From positions 11,068,485 through 11,132,484 of the forward strand of contig NC_134027.1 in the NCBI RefSeq assembly GCF_964204645.1: a stretch of 64,000 nucleotides of DNA. Direction: 5' to 3'. The notes below the pieces were generated by a model that had not been told where the DNA came from, did no database searches, and saw nothing but the letters and a program-made list of their open reading frames with translations. The DNA is from Tubulanus polymorphus. Taxonomy: Eukaryota; Animalia; Nemertea. This document shows positions 25,030 to 37,000 of this stretch, one piece after another. A program made the translations under genes and the position numbers. Within the stretch, counting starts at the first letter, position 1. Each line of letters starts with the position of its first letter.

Positions 25030-28000
25030 ATGAGCCAGAGATCATCATTGAAAATGGCTACGAGAACTGGTTCCTCGATGGAGGGACAGAATAATACGGC
25101 TCAGGCGGCTTTATTCGCGCGACTAAAACTACTCTACCCGGCTGTCAACCAAGACGAGACTCCTCTTCCAAAATCATGGAGCCCAAAAGACAAATTCAAC
25201 TACATAGGACTCTCACACAACAATCTGCGCGTCCATTACAAAGGTAAACAAACACAGTTTTATCTATTGGATTTTCTTCAGACTTCACATACGGACGTAC
25301 CAGCTGATTACTCATTATGCTCGTCGAATAAATCACCATATTTTGTTCAAGTATTTTAGACGTTTAAATGAGTGTCATTCGATCTTCTGATCAGAAATGT
25401 TATTAACTATCAAAAACTATTTTTCAATGCTTCACTGTTGTGTTGTTAGTATTGCACAATTTTAAATGGATCAATGTTTCTGATGACTGATGGTGTATGG
25501 GTGTGTTTGTATGCTGGTTAGGGTGTGATATTTTGCTCGAATCTTTTATACATTTTACTGTCATTCCCTTTTGATCACAACGTTAGATCTATCATTTCGA
25601 ATAACTGAGGATCTTATTGCGGCAGGTCACCCCTTGACCTTGGCAAAAAATATATTAAATCAGTTGGCTGTGTTCAAAATGATTATATCTAATCCTTTGG
25701 AAGACCAGTGAAGAATTAGGCTAATTGAACTAGGCCTAATTAGTTTAGTAATTCATTGAAGTCAATAATTGATTTGGGGTTAACCTGCCCGCTAATCGAT
25801 GTAAATCTATGGACTATGGTAAACATCATTTTGAAGCCAGGCAGATGGTACCATAATATTCATTCTATAAAAGCATAGGCCTACTATGATATTACAACAA
25901 GTGCACGCTCAATATTCTATGAGCAGGCTCAATGTAGGCTATCATATTCTTAAGATCTGTTGCCAATCTTATAGGCTATGTAAACCTGCACGTAAAAACG
26001 AAATTGAATCAGTGCTAAGTACTACGAGGGGAAAATCTATTTTGATTTTATATTCTTTATGCTGGTGAAATAGGAAGCAATTTTTATGTGGTTTTAAGCC
26101 TATTAATGATTAAGCTGTTCGAATCTGAGGAATAGATACCAGCATTATTTGAGAAAAACTGGAAACTGATATAAATGTATCGTAATACGTCCGGTTTGGT
26201 TTGGCTCAACCTTTTCGAAACAAGCCTGATAGAAACTGAATCGTTAAAGAACACATAGTATCCGCGGTCATTTGGTCAACCTTTTCTCTACGAATCTCTA
26301 CGTTTCCAATAGAAGCTTAATCGTAAAAGAATCAGGCCTACGTAAGTAGCCGCGTATTTAGCGTATCAAGATCGTTCGAAGGCTGTTCCGAGTTTTGCTC
26401 TTCGTACGTAGATACGGTTTCGTTTGACGTCGTGTTCAGATAACGATGTATATTGACAGCCGAGTAGTACTGCTTCGCTTTGTTGTCAGTTGTCACTAGA
26501 TCGTTGAATCTTTCGTTCGTTCGTCCGTACAGAGCTCTCCCGAGTGTTGCCAGTTCATGGTTCCAGGAAATATTGATTTTCGCTTGTGCCGTAACGATGC
26601 ATGTAAACATACACAGAAACAGCGGAAGCAGAAACCATGGCGTACATACAAACGTATTATTATGCATTAGTTAGATGATTCGCGTGGCGGTTCGATATAC
26701 GTATTTTTCTGTTTCCGCGAAATAGTTTGTCAATAAAACGAAGTACTAGCTATGTAATGGAATGGCGTATCAGAATCTCTATTGGGGGAATATGTCATCG
26801 TTTCGTTTGGTCTAGTGCCCCAGATTCCCGTGTAAGAGTAAATATATAACCTGTTCCCGGGATTTTGCGTCACGATTCCTGCTTGGAATCGAGCCAGGTT
26901 TTTATTGTCCCTGTACTTATTCCCGGGCTGTTTATAATAATCGTAATGGGTCAAATGACGCTATTCCATTTTGTCCGGTCATGTGCTTCGATCATCGTCG
27001 GGTCATATTGTAGTCAGTCGTGTAGATTTATATTGTTTATTGTTTACAAATTTTAAACATCTAGTTATGTTTCTTTCGAATACATATAAAGAACTTTTTG
27101 ATTGAATTATACTAACATATATATTATTATTATAAGATTATTATTATATTGAAATTATAGGCTACTAAAAACATTAGATATTTTTAGCCCTTTACCTTAA
27201 AGGCTTATGGTAGGAAGATCCCTCGGATTTTCCAAAAGGAAGAGAAGTTCATAAACAAGTCAGTGGAAATAAAGGGCAGGTACTAGGACTTTTAGATACC
27301 TGATAGCCATCTATCACTGACCCCCTGCTTTCAGGGCAGACAAATTTGAGGGTGTGTTATTAGGCAAGAAAATGAATAATAAATTCACAATTTCACAGCC
27401 ATTTTGGATATTCATAATTCCCCGTGCGTTATTTTCATTTAAAAAATGTTAGTTCGTAATGAAAGAACGTGATGCATTAAAGTGTATCAGCCCAACTATG
27501 GCACTCACTCAAATTCATTACGACAGACAAATAGGCGTAGGTGTCTATTAAGACAAAAGGTCTATAAACTATTCAATTTGGACTGAATGACATTCTAATC
27601 GATTTGTCATTCGTCGCTCGGGTCACCAATGAAATTGATGATTCACTGGAAAATATAAGAGATTCGTGATGATTTTCAAATTCACGTTTTCATAGGAAAT
27701 TTTGCCTTGATCTCACAAAACCACATACGTCAAATTAACGATTCATGAAAACCTATTTTGCTTTCTGTGCTGTGAGTGTAAATTTGGCCATTCTACCATA
27801 ATACTTGTATCACTGTAAATTACAGGGTTTCCAGCGGTCCTTCCAAGTCCTTCTTTGTCCTTCTCTTGGAAAAAGTTTGGACAAACTTCATCTTTGTCCT
27901 TTTTTTTTACTCTAAGACCTTCCTCTTGATAAAAAAGTCCTTCCAAATTTGATTTTTTATGTACTTTTTCTGCGCAATTTTGTCGCAAATTTGACTGTTG

Positions 28001-31000
28001 AAGTAATTTCTTACTCGGACCTGGTAATTCAATTGTCAGTAAGATTTAATATGCAGGAAAGTGTTATGGAATTACCCTGACATGTATGATTGGTCTACAT
28101 GATGAGTATTCCGGTCAAGGCATTGCAAAAATGCTTCCTTATGAGCCCTCGTTTTACTGGAAAGTACTTCTTTCCGAGTCCAAAAGTGCCTCCTTTTGGG
28201 GCTAAAATTGCCGAAAAAGTCCTTCTTAGTACTTCTTTTTATCCTGGCCTTACCACTGGAAACCCTGAAATTAAAACCCTTAGTTTAACCATGGACGTAT
28301 AAACTAGATTAGGCCTATACGTCCATGGTTTAACAAAGTATTCTTCCCCCTACTCCGTATATCTGATAAGAAAAATGATGCATCAACGAAATTACACTAG
28401 AGGCTACAGTAAAACGTTCTTCTTCGGAGTACAAAAATATTAGGAAAAGATCATCGTGAATATATATAAGCATATATATATAGGCCCTATATATATATAT
28501 AACATGATTCGAAATGTAGCGTTCAAAATTCTTTGAAGTCTAGCATACCTACAACAGTAGGTGTTGGATCACCATCTCTCTTCCGTAGGTTATTTATTGA
28601 TCTTGAAGTAGGGCCTGACCCTGTTATTTATTTGATTGGTTGATTTCATTTGATAAGTTTTGAATGAATAGCCACACTCAGGGGCAATAGATAATGAAAT
28701 TCAAAACCCGATGCGAATTTAGAAGATTAGAAATTGAATTCTTTCGAAAAACTGTTGTTTTTTTTTAAATTGATTTTATACATTAATTTCGATTTTAATC
28801 TTTTAAGAACTTCATGTGGGGGGTAGATTTTATTCTCTCTCTTCCACAAGAAAATATATTTTACGGAGACCCTGACCTGCTTCGAAGCACACACCTAATG
28901 ATAAATAGACAAACGGTTGCCTAGATGGGATGTGACCCTCAAAAGAGAAACGATCACCTTGAGTTCGAATCGCCTGCGTTGTTTTTGTCCGTGTACAGCG
29001 ATAACGCGACTCGAGATTGTTGCCGTTGTTGTTTTTATCAGTACGTACAATTATTGTTTTTGTTCGTTCGCAGGAATGGGTAAAACTCACAAAGACGCAG
29101 CCAGCGTACGAGCTACTTATCCGATACCCGCTTCGTGCGGTGTTTATTACTTCGAAGTGAAGATTATCAGTAAAGGAAGAGACGGGTAAGTTATCCTACA
29201 AATACGAGATCCGTGGCCCGGTTTCGTGCTGCAAAAGTTCAGTGACCCAACTTTTTTATTTGTTCCGGATACCACCAGGTGGCATGATCATCACTTAGGC
29301 TGTCAATTGTAAATAGTACACTGTATTTGTATATATTGTAAATACTCTTGTTATGTTTTTAAAAATATTTTTTGACGCCTTATAAAACGTTACCATTATG
29401 AAACCTAAACAATGTTAACCATTCAGCGTCATTTTACAAACGACAACCGTAAATGGATGTGCAAAACGTCACAGGTTTATGTGTACACATACTAGCTATT
29501 TGGCAAAATATTATTGATAAAGATGTAGAATGGCTCCCTTTGATTATATAATGACGTCTATTTGAACGTCGAAATGTTATATTGCATTGAATATCATGAG
29601 AAGACGTATTGTAATAGTAAAGGATGTATGATTATATCAGGAGCGGCAGGCATAAATAGAAATGATAAGTAAATCGGATTATTCGGTTAAATGGCGGATG
29701 TATACACGATTTGGAAGTCTGATATAAAAGTCAGACCCTGACATGGGGATGCTAGTGGAATGACGAAGCTATCTACGATCTGAGTAGGGCCGGCGTGAAT
29801 TTCATCGGCGGCTACAAGCGGTCTATATAAAAACGTGTTAACATATAATTTCAATATTCAAATGTTTTAGAAAATATGTTCGATATAAGGGGTATGCAAG
29901 TTTCATGAGATTAGCAATTTATAATAGCATAGCTGTCATATACGGCTCCGCGTCCATTGATGGCATGTGTATAAGGTGACAATTCAATTCAATACATTAT
30001 TGATCATTATTACATTGAAATTCCGGGATAAAATTTAAAAAACTTACAAATCTTAAAATAAGAAAATACAAAATACAAGACACACGGTTAATTCATACAG
30101 AATAACATGAATAAGTTCTTTAAATGACAATGTCTACTTCAACCCAGACTCAAGTCTAGGATATCGAGTGACAGCCAAACCGGGCCCCAGGACCGGGCCG
30201 GCTGGCTACACGATATGCTCAACGTCATGATGAAGCAAACATCCAAAGAACTGTTTCTTCAACCATGGAGGTAATGAAGTTGCAGACCAGCTTAGAGGCA
30301 AAAGTGAATCGAAGTCGGTCACAAGTTGACAATTTTTTTTAAATTAGACCAGTTGAAGACTGTATCATCTACCCAATCGCCAAATCTCATAATTCCCCAA
30401 ATTTCTTAAAACTTTGATTTCAAATTTGCAATTCCACATTAGCTTCTCCCAGAAATTCTACATTTTTTCGCAGGCGTCAAATAATTTATTAAAGTTAATT
30501 TTCTTGTTTATTTTTCTCTCGATATGTAAATATTTGTAAACAAAATCTTTTTTTCCTCCACGTACCATGGAAATGGTTGGAGAGTAATAAATTATCTTAT
30601 CTTATCTTATCTGTCATATGAAAGAGAATTTTCGCTGGTATCAAATGATCATAATTTTGAAAATAAAAGTTTGACAACCCGACTTCAGTGTTGGATAGCA
30701 CCAGATGGCGTGATTATATTATGCATTATCTAAATACTCTTTTTCCTCCATGGAAATGGTTGGATTGTAAATAAATTTGTGATTCGTTATCTGTCCCTTA
30801 TGATAGACAATTTTGCTGGCTCCAAATGATCGTAAGTTAGAAAAAGTCCTCATCGATCGTATTACTCAATCTCCTAATGATCTTGTATTATTATGTAAAA
30901 AAAGAAAAAACCTGATTAAGAAATTGCATTTGTCTACCGAATAATTGCTCTCGTTAGTATTGTTCTGTAGCATTTTATTTGAATGTATATCTCCCTTAGC

Positions 31001-34000
31001 TTTTACTAGTTACTTTCTGTTATTTCTGTTTGTTGACTCAAGTATATTGTGTTACTGAATTTGTAATTGTGAAACATTGTTTCCCCGAAACCATGTTCCT
31101 TCTCACGGTTCTCTCGTAAACTCAAAACGCAGGGAAATGCTCAGAAACATGTTTCTATTTCCTGTTTTCTTGTTTCCCTGCATCGTATGTGTAGGGCTTT
31201 ATGCGGATTATGAGGGTTTTTGCAACGCGTAACGATTAAAACTCAACTCTGTTTGAAGCGTAAACATTTTTATGGAACTCAAAGCCTGCGTAGATCACAT
31301 ATTTTAATGTGTTTACCGGGTATTATGAATCTTGCTATGTATGGAAACCTAGGAGAAAAATAGCTGTGCCTTTTTGTTTAAACCCCTATGACTAGTTGCA
31401 AAAATTCATAAAGACTAGTCTTTATGAATTTTTGCTTATAGTGAATGTATCCGTCAATTTTACTGCTTTAAACTGTCCATTACTCATGCAAGTATCAGTA
31501 TATATGCTGTCTCCACCCATCCACTCGGCAGTGTTCATCACTTCTTTAACCCTTTCAGTACGTCTACACGGCACTTCTACACCGTAGTGCGGTGTACGAA
31601 TCAGTGATGGATTTTGCTAGTACACTGCATTGCGGTGTATTGATTTAATTAGTAATTACTAATTATCTCTCTTGAAAGATGGCAGCACCTGTCAAACATA
31701 GTGAAATATTACTAACTAACGATATACCGCGCCAGGGTGTAGACGCACTATGGTGCTATTCCCGTTATTCAACACACGAGGGTGGAATTTTTCAGAATTT
31801 ATCTTCAGCACTATAGGGTATTAATTAGCCAGCACTGAAAGGGTTAAGCTTAGAAATGCTAAACATTTGGGATTTATCTTCAAACTGTGATATGTCCACA
31901 ACTTGGTGAATGTCTGGAGGGGTGGTTTCGGACTGCAGATTCATAGGTGCGTCAGGCGCTGACGCGTAATAAACCCTCCTCTCCCCCTACCTGATAAAAA
32001 AATCCCCTTAAATTTGATTTTGCAACAAAATGTTTCGATATTCTTGTGTTGAAAAACTTCGAACGATTTCAAAAATTTTGAAATCTCCACGGTGTTGGTC
32101 ACAATATTCACCATGGGTAGTCCGTTTTAGCCAGCTACACACATTAAAATGACATTATCATAGTTTTGAAAATTTCTAAGAAATATAGTTTAAAACTAAC
32201 AATAAAATATGTATGTATGTATGTATGTGTTCTTTAATCATGTTTTGAAAAGTATTAGGCCTATATAGTTTTAATCTAAGTTTTATACTCTAGTTTGATG
32301 GAAAACTGAATTTGGAAGGAATTTTACCAGGGGGGATTTAATACAGAGGTTTGCCTATCAGACAACGTGGCTGAAAGTCGTTGTGTGTATAGCTTTAAAA
32401 AGGTGTTAATAGGTCTATTTTTTCAACGTAACTGTGTCATTATTACATAAAAGTATCGTGCTGAGTTATTGCAATAGTTTAAAAATATTAGGCCTACTTA
32501 CGAATTATTGAAATACTACGGAAAAGCGTGATTCATTGTTAAATCAAAATCTTGCGTTTTTGGTTGGGACCTTTTATGTGTATGTCAGCTGTACTACATT
32601 AAATCCATTAGGCTATTTAGAAGTTTCTAAATACGTTTTTCTCCATGTGAATATGGATTTTTTCCTTCTAGTCGACTATTTGTATGAAATATAGACTTAT
32701 CATGTTATTGATATTATCATTACCATTATTATTATAAGATATCGATGATCCTCAGTATGAAGTAACTTTATTTTGAAACAATGTTGTAATCAGCGTGTAA
32801 CATCAACTATTAGCTTAACCCTTCCGGTGCTGACTAATTGATACCCTAAAGTGCGAAGGATAATTGGAACATTTTTGAAAAATTCCAGCCCAGTGTGTCA
32901 AATAACAGGCTTATAATGCATCACCTCAGTGCGGTGTATCATTACTTTCTTATATCTAACTTTGTTTGACAGGTGCTGCCAACTTTTTCATTAGAAATAT
33001 AGAGCTTAAAAATTACATCAAAACATCGCAGTGCGGTGTTCTGGCCAATAGTCAAGCACCGATTTATACACCGCAGTTCGGTGTAGACGCACATAATTTT
33101 CAGCTTTATTTTTCTTCGTTATTGTGGAATTCTCTTTATGCTGTATGTTTTGGATAAAGTTTGTATGTATCTAATAATTTGTAACGTGTCTCTATCTATT
33201 TTCAGGTATATGGGTATTGGACTTTCAGCTCAGGGTGTTAATATGAATAGATTACCAGGTACGATTTCGTTTTTTGTGAATCATTCATTGATTTATCGAT
33301 GGCGCGATTAACGTTCACAGTCAATTTGTGGATCGCTCGGAGGGTGAATTAGTAGTGTAATATGGTCAACATCGAATGATATGCAAGTGTTAAGTTTAAG
33401 CGGATATCATTTTGGCATTTATTAAGAGATAGATTCATTAGATAAATGAATGGATTGATTGTCTAGACCAAACTGGCCTTATCAGAATCAAGATTGCTAA
33501 CTGGTGACCATTGTTTTCGTCTCCAAAATCAGCGCTTTTTGCACAACTTTGAAGTTTTCAATGGAAATTTTGAAGAGGCTTTGATCAGTTGTCTTTTATG
33601 CGTATTTCCCTAGGGTCATTATCCTAAGAAAAATTGGGTCAATCAGACTCAAGACGTGAGCCATGCTGTGACTTGTTATGCCTAAAAAGGTCATTTTTCG
33701 CCTGAATGGATTGATTGTCTTGATAATTTGTTTATCTACTCGAGATATTGGCCCGATCAGAATGAAGATGGCTACTTGTGACCATTGTTTTCTTTACTCC
33801 AAAATAAGCACTTTTTGCATATTTTCGAAGATTTCGACGGAGACTTTAACGGCGCTTTGATCAGTGGTTTTGATGGTTTCTCATGTGTATTTCTCTCTAG
33901 GGCCATCGTCGTAAAGAAAAATTGGATCAATCAGACTCGAGACATGAGCCCATCCTGTGACCTTTTTATGTGCCTCAAAATGGCGTTTTTTTGCCTGAAT

Positions 34001-37000
34001 TCGCACGACCTGTAGCGTACTAATGGATTGCTAGATTTCATTGATATTTGTGGTGGGTATAAGTAATTGAGAAGGGATCTTACATATCAGATGCATTTTT
34101 CGATCATTCAACTTTAACGCAATTGGTGGCCATCTCAGTCGCATCAGTCTCCAGCGATGTTTTTTCACCAGGGGGTGTTGAATAGCGAATAATATGGGAT
34201 TTCCATATATATATATTGGTAGCTAGGAATAATGTAACCACAAAACTCTAGCTCATGACAAGTCCCATGATTACAATGAGTTACATTGATTATTGAAACG
34301 GTCAGATTTTCAACAATTTCACCGATTGGGCTATCGTCTGGATCCCTAGTTAACAAGGCGTTCAGTGTTAACTACGGGTTTAAAAACATGAGAGCTTTCA
34401 TATAGGTGTAAAAAAAGCATATGGATTTTTATCATAATCCGCCTGTTGGTTCAGTGGGGGAAAAAGTTCCCCGCTTTCCGAGAGAAAATTTCAACCAGCG
34501 AACAACCTTGAGAAAGAGTTCTCACACGACGACACCGATATAGATGGTATCATTGTTGAACCGGGGATTGTTTACTGAAACTCGTGGTTGTTATTCGTAC
34601 TCGCTCGAGAAGCTTCAGACTGATGTTATATTTTTGAACTGATTGATTGGAAACGAATTAGCCGCGTAACTTGCACTATACCTCTACAGTGCGATCAATA
34701 TTGCCACGGATGAAAAACTATTTTCTCGGTCACCAATGAGTACTCATCTAAAGTGCTCATCGGAGGATTTTATGGATCAGTTGTCTTGACCACTCTTTGA
34801 TCTTAAAGTAGGGATTTTCCCTGTTATTTATTTGGCTGGTAAATTTCGTTTGATTTTTTGATTGATTGTCCCTTACTGACCCACCACACCTGCCAGGAGC
34901 GAAACAGGGGGTTTGATTTTGAAATCGGAAATCGAAGTACAAATATAGTTGTGTGATCGGCGGTCGGTCGAGTAAACAGAATTTTTTTTGTTTTTTTAAA
35001 TCGAAGTACGGTGTTCACGCTGGCCTGGGAAACTCAGGGAATCTGAAAAAATCAAGGAAAACTCGGGGAATTTGACAAATTTTAGGGTGTGGGCGCTGAC
35101 TCCCGTCCGCTTGTTGCCATCCCCCCACCCGACCCCCCCTTCCGCTTGCTACCTGAATTTAGTCTGTTCCATTTTAGAAGAGACCAATTTAGACTGACCG
35201 TAAAGGCCAATCCTGGTCCATTCTACGATTTTAGAACTGACCATTTTTGGTCCGTCACACTGTTGTGTCCAGCTGAACCAGTGATAGCAGCTGAAAATTT
35301 TGGTGAATGCAGAGCATAATTTTGGTCAATTATGAATCGGTCCGTTCCATGTATGGACCAAATAATGAGAACACATTAGCCAATGATAGTACGGATGCTG
35401 CTTACAGAGGAGATGCCATCGTCACCTTTTTTGAACTTTTCCTTGTCGGCTGATTGAAGCGTTTAACCGAGGGCTCTCGTGGAAAGATTGAGGAAATTGA
35501 CGGGCTCTTCGTCATCGACCGTTTTCAACAGCATCGGTCATCAATCGTCAATTTTCCAATCGTTATCCGTTATTTCCAATTCAATTTACTAAGTGTAAGT
35601 CATCATTTGGATTAGTCATCGTTAACACGATGATTGTCACAGTGTCACAGCTCCAACGACTATAAGCAAGTTCGACTGTCATACGAGACTCCCGAAACCT
35701 TCGCCATTTTGGTTATTTTACATGATGAAACATTCCTCCTATGTGCTTGAATGCAGTAAGAAAAAAGGGATCTGGATTTGACACCGGGCTCCTCGTGGCT
35801 ATGAGTCGAATCTCTTGTTTATTTCGTGTATCCCATACAAACCCACCACATCTATCAGGAATGGGGCTTACATGTTGAAATCAGATATTTTAGTAATGCT
35901 TATTGACTGAATTGACTGAATTTATTTTCGAATTGTGGCAGCACAAACATTTTCCGGGTATCACCAATCATTCTTAGCTGAAGTACGAATAATCTGGCAA
36001 AATCACGTGAACCAAATACGATTAAATCCTCCTCCTCTATTAATTCTCTAACAAGAAAATTCATTCTGGCGCAATATTAAAACTCTGAGGCTAATTCCTT
36101 GTGATATTACTATTTATTACTACTCTCTCGATATTCAACTCCATAAGATGCCTATGTACGTCATTATTGATGTCTTAGCAGAAACATGTCTAATTTCATC
36201 CATCTCGTGTATCTTATCAATTGTTTCTTTTTTCAAGTACGGTCACCACTTGGCTTGGTTACAGCCCGTGTTACAGTTCGTGGGCTCTGTGACAGGACCC
36301 TCACTTATTGATGTAAATTCTGGGTTATATTTTCATTTGATTGCTGTCTTAAGAGAAAATGAATAATCATCATTGCAACACCCATCTAGAAGGTGACTTT
36401 GAAGAAGTTCTGGACAATAAAAAAATTTCCTTACATATCTGGGCCCAGTTCCTCAAAAGGTTGGTTTTAGAGTTAACCATTGGATAGTTGACATAATGAC
36501 AATTAAAAGTTAATTATTACTATGGTATTATCCAATGGTTATCTTTAACCAACTTTTAAGCAACAGGCCCCTGAATTATTGGAAATATTTTCCATATTTC
36601 GTTACTAATTAAATAATCATTCGTAGTGATCGTTCGAATTTGACTGGTTGTTTTTTTGCTGTAGGAAACCAACTTTTAAGCTACTGGCCCCTGAATTATC
36701 AGAAATATTTTCCATATTTCGTAACTAATGAAATAATCATTCGTAGCGATCTGATCGTTCGAAATTGACTGGTTGTTTTTTTTTGCGGTACGATCTGTAG
36801 TTGCTGTGTATGATGGTATATTATTGCTGGTTCGAACTACCGCTCGTACGTACATTCCCCATAGGCAAATCATAATACCTCTCGCCGCTAACAATGTATG
36901 CCGCGGCGTTCCCTAGGGTTCCCTTATCCACGGTGTGTGTGTGTGTATTCATAATAATCTTCGATTAAATAGCAATTTATGGCCGAATTATCGTCGGATT

